DNA of 64,000 bases from Planctomycetota bacterium. Its GTDB lineage: Bacteria; Planctomycetota; UBA11346. The position numbers and the translations under genes were made by a program. The notes under the pieces are model-generated. The model was not told the origin of the DNA and did no database searches. It saw nothing but the letters and a program-made list of their open reading frames with translations. Position 1 is the stretch's first letter, and every line of letters starts with the position of its first letter. Below, piece after piece: positions 27,145 through 37,698 of the stretch. The stretch spans positions 96,001-160,000 of the forward strand of contig JBBRLJ010000001.1 in the NCBI GenBank assembly GCA_038231435.1. Reading direction: 5' to 3'.

Positions 27145-28722
27145 ATGCTCATCCCCTCCGCCACCGCCCGAGCGCTCCTCATCGCCACCCTGGTCACAAT
27201 CACGATCGCCACCGCGCACGCCGCCGATCCGAAGCAATTGCTCGAACACGGCGACTTCGAAGCGGTCGATGCGCAAGGCAACGCCACCGGCTGGGGGCTG
27301 GCGCCCGGCATCACCGTGACCAGCGATCCGTTGAACCACTTCCTCCGCTTCCAGGCAGCCGGTCCCGCCAAGGCGGTGACGCTCTATCGCCAGGTCCCGC
27401 TCTCCGGCGCCAAGGCCATCGCGGTCACATGCCGGGTGCGCTACGCCGGAGTCGAGCGCGGCGCCGAGGGCTGGCACGACGCCCGCATCATCATGAACTT
27501 CAAGAACGACAAGAACGACAACGTCGGCGGCGACCCGTCGCATCCGTTCTTCACCGGAACCAGCGATGCGTGGCAGCCGGTCAAGGTCGTCTGCGCGGTG
27601 CCCGCCAGTGCAACATCGCTCGCGATCATGCCGGGGATGTGGCAGGCCAAGGCTGGCACCCTCGACATCGACGACCTCTCGGTGACCGCCATCGATCCCG
27701 CGAGCCTGCCCAAGAAGGACGACGCCCCCACCGCCAGCGTGGTCATCGATGCCGGACGTGCCCACCCGAAGATGCTGAAGACCGATGGCCCGCGCCTGAT
27801 CGACAGCGACGGCAAGGACGTGTGGCTCCAGGGCGTCAACGTTCCGAGCCTCGAGTGGTCGGACGGCGGCGAATCCCTGCTGCAATCGATCGTCGTCGCG
27901 ATCGACGACTGGAAGGCGAATATCATCCGACTGCCGGTGTCTGGCGAACGCTGGGCCAAGGGCGAACCCTACCGTGCGCTGGTCGACCAATGCGTGCTGG
28001 CCGCATCGTCGCGCGGCGCCTACCTGCTCCTCGACCTGCATGGCTACCGCGCGCCAAGCGATGCAGACATCGCGTTCTGGGTGTCGGCCGCGGCGCGCTA
28101 CAAGGACCAACCAGGCGTGATCTATGGCCTGCTCAATGAACCATTCGGCACCTCGTGGGAGATCTGGAAGAACGGCGGCGAGATCACCGACAAGAAAAGC
28201 GACGCGCCAGGGAACGACCAGCAGACCGTGTCGCATACCTCGCCCGGCCTGCAGAAGGTCGCCGACGCCGTGCGCGGCACCGGAGCGCACAACGTCATGG
28301 TCATCGGCGGCCTGGACTGGGCGTACGACCTCTCTGGGGTGATCGCCGGTTCGGCCATCGAGGACCACGGCGGAAACGGCATCATCTACGATTCGCACGT
28401 CTATTACTGGAAATCGGGCTGGCAGCACTCCTTCCTCGACATCGCCGCGAAATATCCGGTGATCCTCGGCGAAGTCGGCTGCGACATCAAGAACCTGTCC
28501 TTCATCCCGCCCGAGCGCTTCGAGAACCCGTACACCTGGGCGCCGGACATGCTCGCCTGCATCCAGAAGAACCACGTCCACTGGACCGGCTGGTCGTTCC
28601 ATCCTGGCGCGAGCCCTGCGATGCTTCAGGACATGAAGACCTACGCCCCGACACCGTACTGGGGTTCCTTCGCCAAGGCTGCGCTGCTCGGGGCGCACTT
28701 CGAGTCCACCAAGCTGCGCTGA
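27145..28722 (+). CDS. secreted glycoside hydrolase family 5 with N-terminal carbohydrate-binding-like domain
   Basis: Signal peptide (AHA-AD); LLEHGDFE CBM-like start; LQGVN, NIIRLP, LLDLH, acid/base NEP, DSHVY, nucleophile ILGEVG. Confidence 0.88.
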   Translation: MLIPSATARALLIATLVTITIATAHAADPKQLLEHGDFEAVDAQGNATGWGLAPGITVTSDPLNHFLRFQAAGPAKAVTLYRQVPLSGAKAIAVTCRVRYAGVERGAEGWHDARIIMNFKNDKNDNVGGDPSHPFFTGTSDAWQPVKVVCAVPASATSLAIMPGMWQAKAGTLDIDDLSVTAIDPASLPKKDDAPTASVVIDAGRAHPKMLKTDGPRLIDSDGKDVWLQGVNVPSLEWSDGGESLLQSIVVAIDDWKANIIRLPVSGERWAKGEPYRALVDQCVLAASSRGAYLLLDLHGYRAPSDADIAFWVSAAARYKDQPGVIYGLLNEPFGTSWEIWKNGGEITDKKSDAPGNDQQTVSHTSPGLQKVADAVRGTGAHNVMVIGGLDWAYDLSGVIAGSAIEDHGGNGIIYDSHVYYWKSGWQHSFLDIAAKYPVILGEVGCDIKNLSFIPPERFENPYTWAPDMLACIQKNHVHWTGWSFHPGASPAMLQDMKTYAPTPYWGSFAKAALLGAHFESTKLR

Positions 28723-28759
28723 TCTCGCCGCTTCGACGGCATCGCGGCCCAGCGCAGGA

Positions 28760-29821
28760 TCAGGGCCGCTTCCGTCGTCGCGTCGCTGGTGGCGGATCGG
28801 GAATCGGCGCCGCGCCCTCGGCCGCCCGACGCGTGCGCGATGGCCGTTCAACCGGCTTGCGCGAGGCCCGCTTGCGCTGCGCTGATGCCGAGGCGTCACC
28901 TACTCGCCGTTTCGGCGCGGCTCGCAGGCCTCGCGGGGGATGCGCGTCGAAGAGCGCCACGACCTCAGGCGCGCGCGCCGAGGCGCGCACCGGCACGCCA
29001 CGCTTGTCGACGGCATCCGGATCGGCCCCGTGCGCGAGCAGCAGCCGCGTCAGCGGCACCATCACGTCGGCCGTGCCGGCCGTGCCGCTCGCGCCGGTCC
29101 CGGACACCGCTCGCCGCAAGGGCGTCGAGCCACGCAGCTTGTCGCGCGCGTTCACATCCGCGCCCCGCTCCACCAGCACCGTGGCGACGGCGAGATTGCG
29201 CGCCCGCACCGCCTGATGCAGCGGCGTGACGTCATCCCAGTTGCGCGCGTCGATGGCGGCGCCGCGGTCGAGCAGCAACCCGGCCATCGCCGCGGCTGGC
29301 CGAGGCGGGGCCTGACGCAGGTCCGCCACGCGGTGCAGCGCGGATTCGCCATTGGCGTCCGAGTCCGCGGTGGTGGCGCCATGCTCGATCAGCAGCGACA
29401 CCAATTCGGGACGCAACGCCTCGACGGCGTGGTGCAGGATCGGCGAGCCTTCCTCGTCGCGCAGCCGCGCGAGCGCCGCATCGCGCCGCAATGCGCTTCT
29501 GAGTAGGCCACGTTCGCCAAGGTGGACGGCGGTGACCACTGATGTGATTGCGCCCTTGTCGCGCAGGAAGGCGACTATGTCCGCGGCTCCGCGTCTGGCT
29601 GCATAGGTGATCGGCGTGAGGTGGACACGCCCCTGCTGGATGTCCGCGCTCCGGCGCGCCAACCGCGACACCAAGTCGAGATCACCATAACGCGCGGCGC
29701 TCAGGAGTGGGGTGTTGCCCCAGCGATCAGCCGCATCGGGATCGACTCGCCCGGCGAGCTTGGCGAGGATGGCTTGGTCATGGCGCCACAGCGCGCGGCA
29801 GAAGGCTTCGACGTCGTCCAT
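28760..29821 (-). CDS. ankyrin repeat protein with basic C-terminal tail
   Basis: GNTPLLSAA, GESALHRVA, DVTPLHQAV, GSTPLRRAV, LLAHGADP. Confidence 0.88.
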   Translation of the reverse strand: MDDVEAFCRALWRHDQAILAKLAGRVDPDAADRWGNTPLLSAARYGDLDLVSRLARRSADIQQGRVHLTPITYAARRGAADIVAFLRDKGAITSVVTAVHLGERGLLRSALRRDAALARLRDEEGSPILHHAVEALRPELVSLLIEHGATTADSDANGESALHRVADLRQAPPRPAAAMAGLLLDRGAAIDARNWDDVTPLHQAVRARNLAVATVLVERGADVNARDKLRGSTPLRRAVSGTGASGTAGTADVMVPLTRLLLAHGADPDAVDKRGVPVRASARAPEVVALFDAHPPRGLRAAPKRRVGDASASAQRKRASRKPVERPSRTRRAAEGAAPIPDPPPATRRRKRP

Positions 29822-29958
29822 GGGGTACACCATGGCGCGCACCGGTACCGCGACAATGACCGCCGGAGGGACGTCCCAGCGAGCCGTGGCGACACCGATG
29901 GCTGATGGTTGCATTGATCGGACTTGCCGCGCGGATGGATTGGCGTCTGCTCGCCTTC

Positions 29959-30345
29959 ATGGCCATGGATGGCAGGTATCTGGAGCATCTGCGCGCCCTG
30001 CCCCGCAAGCGGGCGCGAGAGGCGGTCTCACAGCGGCTCGAGACCGAGTTGCCAAGCCTCTCCCGGCTGCCCGCGGTGGCCGAGGCGCTCGCCAGCCTGG
30101 GCCTCGAACGCACCGTCCTCGTGCGCTACACGTTCGATGAGCCACTGATCGAAGCGGGCGAGGCGCAGGTCCAGTTCACCTACCACCTGGGCGATCCCAC
30201 CGCCGCCCCCGGAGCCGCCTACCAGGAGGAAGTCCGCGGTTCGGGCATCGCGTTCATCGACGCGACGGGCGCGATGCGCTTCGAGGATGTCGACGCCGAG
30301 ATCTCCCGTCTCGTCGACGATGCCGAAATCCCCGCCGACGATTGA
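29959..30345 (+). CDS. hypothetical protein
   Basis: Fills the gap between divergent and convergent genes with protein-like composition; start uncertain (29959/29965). Confidence 0.6.
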   Translation: MAMDGRYLEHLRALPRKRAREAVSQRLETELPSLSRLPAVAEALASLGLERTVLVRYTFDEPLIEAGEAQVQFTYHLGDPTAAPGAAYQEEVRGSGIAFIDATGAMRFEDVDAEISRLVDDAEIPADD

Positions 30346-30429
30346 CCCGCCCGCCGCGAGCGGATCACCTGCTTTCCATTCGTCATGGCGTTCGCTTGGT
30401 CATTGGCCTTTCTTGGTGATCGAGCTTGG

Positions 30430-32508
30430 TCACGGCGCGTGGGCGCGCGCCAACGCGGATGCGGCCTGGCCTGGCAATGCAGGCAAGGCCACGCGCGAAC
30501 GCCACTTCGCCCACACCGTAGCGTCCTGGAGCAGCGGCATCACGTTGCCGCCGACCACTGAGCGCGCCTGGAACCCCTGCTGGCGGCCGCTGACGGTGTC
30601 GTACCAGTCGCTCAACGGCACTCGGTTCGGCGTCGACGAGACATAGGCGCAGCAGGCGTCGAGCATCGCCTGGCGGTCTTCGCGCCGCTCGGCCAGACTC
30701 GCCGACCAGATCGCGTGATCGAGGGTGGTGTAGGTCTTGCGGTTGTCCAAGGGCAGGCCGAAGCGCTCGAGCTTGGTCATGTAGAAGGCGACCTCGCGGC
30801 GCGCCACGGTTGCCGGAAACAGGTCGAGGCCGAGCAGACCGTCCCAGATCAGATTGTACTTCTGGCTCCAGGTGCCGGGCTGGTCGAAGGCGAGGCGGTA
30901 ATGGTCGCCGTCATCGGCGAGCGGCATCCAGCGCGCCACCATGCTCTTGGCCAGAGCGCGGAAGGCGCGCGCGTCATCGTCGTGCCCGAGCGCGCGGCAG
31001 AGTTCCGCGAAGGAGCCGAGACCGAGGATGGCCTTCACCGACAGGTTCACGTTGTGCGCGAGGTGCCCGGAGAAATCGTCGGTGCAGAGTTGGTCGGCGG
31101 GGTCGAAGCCCTCGTCGCGCAGGTAGCACGCCCAGGTCCGCAGCACCGGCCAATGCGCCCGCGCGAATCCCGGATCGCCGTCGGCGACTGCCAGGGCTTG
31201 CGCGAGGATCAGGATGTTGCCGCATTCCTCGACCGGCATCTGGTCGTCGTCCGTCAGCTCGCCGCCGCCATAGACCTGACCGTTGGCGAGCGGATAGGTT
31301 CCGAGGTCGTGCGGAGCGAACGGGAATTTCCAGGCGCTGGTCGCGGCGTAGCGCATCACCGGTTCGAGCATGGCGCGCAGCAGGGAGGGATTCAGCAGCA
31401 GGTACAAGGGCGCCGACGGGAAGGTCACGTCGACCGTGGCGATGCATCCGTTCGAGAAGTTCTCTTTCGAGAAGAACATCGGCGTGCCGTCCACATCCAT
31501 GACCAGCTTGTGCGCGGCGATGCTCTGCCGGTAGCTCAGGGCCGCGACGTCGGCGAAGGCATTGCCGCCCGCCTTCACGCAGTCATGGCTGAATTCACGA
31601 TCGAAGGCCTGGCAGCGTTCGGTGATCGCCTCGCGTTCACGCGCGGCGGCGACCAGCAGCCCGTCGATCTCGGTCCGGCCGCTGGCCCGCCAGTAGGGAC
31701 GCAGTCTTCGACGCAGGTACTCGATCGAGAACTGGTCGTCATAGGCGATCATCACCGTGCGCTCGACCTCGGCGCTACCCACGAGACCGAAGGTCGCGCG
31801 CACTGCCAGGGCCGGCCAGCAGTCGTTGACGCGCCGCGGCATGCGCATGTCGTCCGCCGGCGATGGCTCGCCAGCGATGAAGCGCGCGCGCAGCGTGCGG
31901 TGGTCGCCAATCGCGGTATGCGCCTGCTGACCATCGGCGGCGGCCAGGAACAGCTGTCCCCAATCGATGCGCAGATCATCACCCTGACGGGCGAGGACAC
32001 GCTGCTCCGCCGAACCGACCGCGACCGCGTCGACACCATCGAGCCGATACCGACTCCACGTCACCAGCTGATCGCAACTGTCCACCGCGATCTCGGCGCT
32101 GACGTCCAGATGCACCTCGACCTCGTGCTCGCGGCCGTCGTCCGACCACGCCGTCACGGTGACATAGCTGACCGGTCGCGCGAGCACTTCGAGTTCATTC
32201 GCGAGCAGCGGTGACAGGAAGCGCACGCGCAGACGGATACCGCCGCCGGAGAACACATAGGTGGTCGCAGTCGGTGAGATGATGCACGCGTGCTGGGTGA
32301 GCGGTGGTACCCGCGCCGGATCAGGACCAGCAAAGCGGTGGCAGGCGCCATCGATGCGGACCAGTCCGGCGAGCGGATGGTTGCGGCCGGTCCAATGCTT
32401 GGTGTGCGACGACGTCAGCTCGTCGCCCATCGACCAGATGCTGAAATACGGGTCGTGGGCGATGAGCGGGACGGCGGGAGCGCGGAAGGGCAGGATGGTG
32501 GTGGTCAT
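30430..32508 (-). CDS. glutaminase A (GtaA)-like / DUF4965-DUF5127 protein, (alpha/alpha)6 fold
   Basis: RAPAVPLIAHDPYFSIWS, FSKENFSNGCIATVDV, APHDLGTYPLANGQ, MPVEECGN, QLCTDDF, WSQKYNL, FQARSVVGG. Confidence 0.88.
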   Translation of the reverse strand: MTTTILPFRAPAVPLIAHDPYFSIWSMGDELTSSHTKHWTGRNHPLAGLVRIDGACHRFAGPDPARVPPLTQHACIISPTATTYVFSGGGIRLRVRFLSPLLANELEVLARPVSYVTVTAWSDDGREHEVEVHLDVSAEIAVDSCDQLVTWSRYRLDGVDAVAVGSAEQRVLARQGDDLRIDWGQLFLAAADGQQAHTAIGDHRTLRARFIAGEPSPADDMRMPRRVNDCWPALAVRATFGLVGSAEVERTVMIAYDDQFSIEYLRRRLRPYWRASGRTEIDGLLVAAAREREAITERCQAFDREFSHDCVKAGGNAFADVAALSYRQSIAAHKLVMDVDGTPMFFSKENFSNGCIATVDVTFPSAPLYLLLNPSLLRAMLEPVMRYAATSAWKFPFAPHDLGTYPLANGQVYGGGELTDDDQMPVEECGNILILAQALAVADGDPGFARAHWPVLRTWACYLRDEGFDPADQLCTDDFSGHLAHNVNLSVKAILGLGSFAELCRALGHDDDARAFRALAKSMVARWMPLADDGDHYRLAFDQPGTWSQKYNLIWDGLLGLDLFPATVARREVAFYMTKLERFGLPLDNRKTYTTLDHAIWSASLAERREDRQAMLDACCAYVSSTPNRVPLSDWYDTVSGRQQGFQARSVVGGNVMPLLQDATVWAKWRSRVALPALPGQAASALARAHAP

Positions 32509-32716
32509 GATCCCAGTCGTACGCATGCGCTCGCTGCTTAGCCAGCGTCCCGGCATGCGTACACACATCATGGGCATTCGCGGGGTTATCAGGTGCAAAG
32601 ATGGCGCACTCCTATCGAACCACGTCCGCTCCGACCGCGAGACCGAGCGAGTCAGGCGGCAGCTTCGCGATCAGCTACGTATTGATCCCGGTTGCTGGCT
32701 TGGACGCTAGCGCTAC

Positions 32717-33910
32717 GTGTCCCGCCTAGCGCACATCACTTCAGCTTCAGTGGCAGTGGTCCTCCTCCTGGTCGCCGGTTGCGGCGAGAAGGCCGAGAAC
32801 GGCGGGAAGGCGAAGCAGACCTGGCGGATGCCGGTGCAGGTGCAGGCCGTCGCCACGCGCTCGGTCGCCCAAGAGATCCGCGCCGGCGGTACCCTCGATC
32901 CCGCGGAGGTGGTGCAGATCACCAATCGCGTGGCCGGGGTTGCCGAGCACGTCGCGTTCAATGCCGGCGATGCGGCGAAGGCAGGCCAGGTTCTGGTCGA
33001 AATCGAACCGGAACGCTTCCGCATCGCCATCGAGCGCGCCCAGGCCGGCTTGGCCAAAGCCGAGGCCCAGGTCGCCGAGGCGCGCGCGGCGCTGGCCAGG
33101 CGCGAGGAGATCGCTGCCAAGGGCGACGGCCTGATCACCGCCGAGGAATTGGCGACCTGGCGCAGCCGTCTGGCCCAGGGCACGGCGGATGTCGCGCTGG
33201 GCAAGGCCGGTGTCGACCAGGCCGAGCTCGATGCGCGGGACGCTGGCGTCCGCGCTCCCATAACCGCCATCATCGAATCGCGCGCCGTGCGCACCGGCCA
33301 ATTCCTGCCGGTCGGCACGGTGGTCGCGACCCAGGTCCAGCGCCTGCCCATGCGTCTGCGCGCGCGTGTGACCGCGGCCGAGGCCGGGCTGTTGGCGGTC
33401 GGCCAGCCAGTACGGGTGCTTCCCGCCGCGGGCGGCGAACTCGCCGGCAAGATCGCGCTGGTCGGAGCCGTCGGCGACACCGCCACCCGCACCGTCGAGG
33501 TGGTGGCCGAGATGGCGACCGCGCCGGATGCGATCATCGCCGGAGGCTTCGCTGAACTGGTGGCCAGCGCCAGCGGCGCCAAGACCCAGCCGGCCGTCCC
33601 GCAGTCGGCGCTGCGCGCCACCGAACGCGGCTACGTCGCCCTGGTCGCGACCAGGGACGGCGGGGGCTGGGTCGCGCGCTCGCGCATCGTCGATGCGGGC
33701 CTGCGCTCGCCGGATGGCTGGGTCGAGATCCGCGCAGGCCTGGCCGCCGGCGATTCGCTGATCGTGCTCGGCGCCGACGGCCTGCGCGATGGACAGGCGA
33801 TCGACCCGACCGAGGCGACGTCTCCCGCGGCAGCCTCGGCCGACTCCAGCGCCGACTCCGAGCCAGCCAAGGCCGAGGCTGCTTCCAAGGGCCAGGCTGG
33901 GAAGCGCTGA
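32717..33910 (+). CDS. RND efflux periplasmic adaptor subunit, lipoprotein
   Basis: Lipobox LVAGC, RVAGV, VRAPI, ATRTV, GLAAGD. Confidence 0.88.
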   Translation: MSRLAHITSASVAVVLLLVAGCGEKAENGGKAKQTWRMPVQVQAVATRSVAQEIRAGGTLDPAEVVQITNRVAGVAEHVAFNAGDAAKAGQVLVEIEPERFRIAIERAQAGLAKAEAQVAEARAALARREEIAAKGDGLITAEELATWRSRLAQGTADVALGKAGVDQAELDARDAGVRAPITAIIESRAVRTGQFLPVGTVVATQVQRLPMRLRARVTAAEAGLLAVGQPVRVLPAAGGELAGKIALVGAVGDTATRTVEVVAEMATAPDAIIAGGFAELVASASGAKTQPAVPQSALRATERGYVALVATRDGGGWVARSRIVDAGLRSPDGWVEIRAGLAAGDSLIVLGADGLRDGQAIDPTEATSPAAASADSSADSEPAKAEAASKGQAGKR

Positions 33911-33923
33911 ACGTGACCACGCC

Positions 33924-36900
33924 GTGCTCGCCGCGCTGACCGACCACTGCATCAAGCGTCCGCTCACCGCCTGGGTGCTGATGGTGGCGATGACGCTGAT
34001 CGGCGGCCTGGCCCTGTCACGCATCGGTCTGAGCCAGTTCCCGGACGTCGACAAACCCGAGATCTCAGTGACCGCCGAGCTTCCAGGGTCGTCGCCGGCC
34101 TCGATGGAGCGCGACATCTGCGAACTGCTCGAGGAGGTCCTGGTCCAGGCCGAAGGCGTGGCCTCGATGGAATCGTCGGTGCGGTCAGGCCGCGCGACCA
34201 TCACCATGCACCTGCAGACCGGCCGGGATGTCGAGGCCGCGCTCCAGGACGCCCAGAACCGCATCTCGCGCATCGCCGACGATCTGCCGCGCGACATGTT
34301 GCCGATCCATCTCTCGAAGACCAATCCAGAGGACCGACCGCTGGTGTTCCTGTCGCTCAGCGGGCCGTATTCCAACCAGGCGCTGTCGGACACCGCGCAC
34401 AATCTCATTTCGGACGCGCTGCAGGCGGTCCCTGGCGTCGGCTCGGTAGACCTGCAGGGTCCTCAGATCCGCGCGGTCAAGGTGTGGCTGCAGCGCGAGC
34501 GCCTCGAGGCGCGCGACCTGACCATCTCGGATGTGCTCGCCGGACTGCGCGCGAACAATCTCGAGGCCTCGGGTGGCACCATCGAGGGCGCCGGCGGAGA
34601 TCTCGGCGTGCGCGTGCTCGGACAGCCGCGCGAGATCCGCGATCTCGCCGGCGTGGTGATTGCGACCCGTCCAGTGCCGGGCGGAGCTCCCGCCGCGGTC
34701 CGGCTCGGCGACCTGGCGATGATCGAGGACGGCTTCGTCGAGGAACACCGCATCAATCGCGTCGATGGCCAGCAGCGCCAGGGGATCGCCATAGCAAAGC
34801 AGCGCGGCGCCAATGCCGTGGCGGTTTCCGCCGGCATCCGCGCGGTGATGGTTCGCCTGGGCTCGCAGCTGCCGAAGAGCATGGTCCTCGAGATGGCGTT
34901 CGACGGCAGCGTGTTCGTGCTGCAGTCGCTGTCGGCGATGTGGCACGAGTTGGCGGTGGCGGTGGTGCTGACCGCGCTGGTGTGCTGGGTGTTCCTCGGC
35001 GCCTGGTGGGCGGCGGCATCGGTGCTGCTCGCCATCCCCATGGCCCTGCTGGGCACCGTGGCGGTGCTGTGGGGCACCGGGGCCACGCTCAACACCTTCA
35101 CCCTGCTCGGCCTGGCGCTGGCGATCGGCCTGGTGGTGGACGACGCGATCATGGTGCAGGAGAGCATCGATCGGCATCGCGGCCAGGGCATGCCGCCCAA
35201 GGACGCTGCCGCGCGCGGCACCGCGGCAGTGCGCTTCGCCGCACTGGCGGCATCGGTGGCGGTGCTCGCGGTATTCTCGCCGGTGATGTTCATGGGCGGT
35301 GAGATCGGCGCGTCCTTCCTGCAGTTCGGCGTCGCACTGTGCGTCGCCGTGGGGCTCAGCTACCTCGAGGCCGTGACGCTGGCTCCCGCGCGCGCGGCGC
35401 AGTTCATGGGCTCGGGCCGACGCGTCCACGAACCGCGCGCGTGGAAGGCCATAGAACGCGGCTACCGCCGGATCCTCGGCATCGCTTTACGCAGGCCATG
35501 GCCGACCCTCGCCAGCGCGGTGCTCGCCACCGTGACGGGCGCCTGGGCACTGGCGTCGCTGCCGCGCGAAACCGCGCCCGAGCAGGACGGCAGCCGCATC
35601 GAGATCCCCTGGAGCGCGCCCGCCACCGCCGATCAGCGCACGGTGGACGCGATCGCGGATGCGATGTCGGCCACGCTCGGCACCATTCCGGGTGTCATCT
35701 CGGTGCAGGTGAACGCCAACGGGGTCAACGGCCGCTGCTACGCGACTCTCGCGCCGCGCGGACAGCGCCCGGTGCAGGGCAGGATCCTCATCGAGGTGCG
35801 CAAGCGGCTCGCCGTGATCCCCGGACTGACCGCGCGCGCGCGCCCATCGGTCCAGGATCTGATCCAGGTGCCTGACGCGGCCGCGGCCGACATCTCGATC
35901 CGCGGACCCGAGCACCAGCGCTGTGCGGACATCGCCGATGCGATCCTCCGCCGCTGGCGCGACGATCCGCGTCTGGTCGAGGCCTCCACCAGCTGGAAGA
36001 TCGCCGCCGCCGAGCTGACCGTCGAGCCCGATCGCGCGGCGTGCGCTGATCTCGGCGTCGATATCAACGTCTTGGCGGCGACCATCGACAGTCTGATCGG
36101 CGGCAGCGGTGCGGGCACATTTACGCTCGAAGGCCGGCGCCAGGACGTACGCGTCCGCCTGCGCATCAGCGAGCGCTCGACGCCCGAGGACATCGGCCTG
36201 GTGCGCGTGCGCACCCGCTCGGGCGCCACCGTCCCCCTGTCCTCGGTGGCGCATGTCGGCATCCGTCCGGCGCCGGCGCAGCTGACCCGGCTCGACCGCG
36301 AACCCGCGGTGATCCTGCGCGCGAACGCCGCGCCCGGCGTGTCGCAGGATGCAGCCCAGCACGTTGCCGCGTCGCTGGTCGGCGAGCTTCCGCCCGGATA
36401 CCGCGCCGTCCCCGGGGATTCGGCGGCGGTATTCAACAATGCCATGAGCAATCTCGGCTTTGCACTGGTCATCGGCTTGGCCGCCGCCTACCTCATCCTG
36501 GTGGTCCAGTTCAACTCGTTGATCCATCCGCTGACCGTGCTCACGGCCTTGCCCCTGGCTGCAGCCGGCGCAGGCGTGGCGCTGCTGATCACCGGGCAAT
36601 CGCTCAACCTCTACAGCGGCATCGGCATGCTCCTACTCATGGGCCTGGCCAAGAAGAACTCGATCCTGCTCGTCGACCGCGCCAACCACGCCCGTGATCA
36701 CGGCGAAGCCGGGGATGCCGCCGATGCCATGCGCATCGCCGGACCGGCGCGCTTGCGCGCCATCCTCATGACCTCGGCAGCGACCTGCGCCGCGGCCCTG
36801 CCGATCGCCGCCGGACTCGGCGAGGGCTCGGAGGTGCGGCGCCCGATGGCGATCGCCATCATCGGCGGCGTCGCCATCTCGACCGCGCTCAGCCTGGTGG

Positions 36901-36980
36901 TGGTGCCTGCGTTTTACATCATCAGCGATCGTCTCGGTCGCCGCGGAAGCCCCGCGCGCCGGGAAGCCGACCAGTCCTGA
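33924..36980 (+). CDS. RND efflux permease (AcrB/MdtB family)
   Basis: QFPDVD, IGLVVDDAIMVQE, KKNSILLVD, RLRAILMTS (proton-relay residues intact); GTG start inferred. Confidence 0.92.
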   Translation: MLAALTDHCIKRPLTAWVLMVAMTLIGGLALSRIGLSQFPDVDKPEISVTAELPGSSPASMERDICELLEEVLVQAEGVASMESSVRSGRATITMHLQTGRDVEAALQDAQNRISRIADDLPRDMLPIHLSKTNPEDRPLVFLSLSGPYSNQALSDTAHNLISDALQAVPGVGSVDLQGPQIRAVKVWLQRERLEARDLTISDVLAGLRANNLEASGGTIEGAGGDLGVRVLGQPREIRDLAGVVIATRPVPGGAPAAVRLGDLAMIEDGFVEEHRINRVDGQQRQGIAIAKQRGANAVAVSAGIRAVMVRLGSQLPKSMVLEMAFDGSVFVLQSLSAMWHELAVAVVLTALVCWVFLGAWWAAASVLLAIPMALLGTVAVLWGTGATLNTFTLLGLALAIGLVVDDAIMVQESIDRHRGQGMPPKDAAARGTAAVRFAALAASVAVLAVFSPVMFMGGEIGASFLQFGVALCVAVGLSYLEAVTLAPARAAQFMGSGRRVHEPRAWKAIERGYRRILGIALRRPWPTLASAVLATVTGAWALASLPRETAPEQDGSRIEIPWSAPATADQRTVDAIADAMSATLGTIPGVISVQVNANGVNGRCYATLAPRGQRPVQGRILIEVRKRLAVIPGLTARARPSVQDLIQVPDAAAADISIRGPEHQRCADIADAILRRWRDDPRLVEASTSWKIAAAELTVEPDRAACADLGVDINVLAATIDSLIGGSGAGTFTLEGRRQDVRVRLRISERSTPEDIGLVRVRTRSGATVPLSSVAHVGIRPAPAQLTRLDREPAVILRANAAPGVSQDAAQHVAASLVGELPPGYRAVPGDSAAVFNNAMSNLGFALVIGLAAAYLILVVQFNSLIHPLTVLTALPLAAAGAGVALLITGQSLNLYSGIGMLLLMGLAKKNSILLVDRANHARDHGEAGDAADAMRIAGPARLRAILMTSAATCAAALPIAAGLGEGSEVRRPMAIAIIGGVAISTALSLVVVPAFYIISDRLGRRGSPARREADQS

Positions 36981-37007
36981 CGGTCCCGGTCGTGTCCGCC
37001 AACAGGC

Positions 37008-37571
37008 TCACGACTTCTTGGCGTGGATCTCGACCCAGACGGCGAAGGCCTGGATGAACCGGCTAGCGGTCTCGCGCATCTTCTCATCGCTCAAGGCGCC
37101 CGTGGCGTCGAACAGGGATGCGGCATTGCCGATGTAGGCCTCGGGCTGCGGCATGGTCGGGATGTTGAGATACATCAGTGACTGGCGCAGGTGGTGGTTC
37201 GCGCCGAACGCGCCCTGCCCGCCGACGGTCACGCTCATCACGGCGCCAGGCTTGCCATTCCACGCACTCTTCCCGTACGGACGCGAGCCGATGTCGATCG
37301 CGTTCTTCAGCATTCCAGGAACCGAGCGGTTGTATTCGGGTGTCAGGAACAGCAGCGCATCGGCGCGGCGGATGCGGTCGCGGAAGGCGACCCAGGGCTG
37401 GGGAGGCTTTTCGTCGAGGTCCTGGTCGTACATCGACAGTTCGCGGAGCTCAACGATCTCGAGCTTCAGGCTCGCCGGGGCGAGCGCCGACAGCGCGTTC
37501 GCCATCAGCCGGTTGAAGGAGCCTTTGCGCAGGCTGCCGACGATGACGGCGACGTCGCGGGGATTGCTCAT
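37008..37571 (-). CDS. NADPH-dependent FMN reductase (ChrR/YieF-like)
   Basis: GSLRKGSFN, TPEYNRSVPGMLKNAID.GSRPYGKSAW, HLRQ. Confidence 0.92.
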   Translation of the reverse strand: MSNPRDVAVIVGSLRKGSFNRLMANALSALAPASLKLEIVELRELSMYDQDLDEKPPQPWVAFRDRIRRADALLFLTPEYNRSVPGMLKNAIDIGSRPYGKSAWNGKPGAVMSVTVGGQGAFGANHHLRQSLMYLNIPTMPQPEAYIGNAASLFDATGALSDEKMRETASRFIQAFAVWVEIHAKKS

Positions 37572-37698
37572 GGATGCTCCAACAGGTGACAGCGGACAGG
37601 ATGGGAAGCAGAGATGTCGCGACTATCTCCCCCCTCTCGTCCTTCCCATGGCAATCCGCCATGCGTTGGACAACTTGGCCCGAACACACCGTGCGGAG

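Noticed and set aside
32601..32729. 42-codon ORF upstream of the RND adaptor
   Set aside because: No recognisable motif, and it overlaps the adaptor start; no support for translation.
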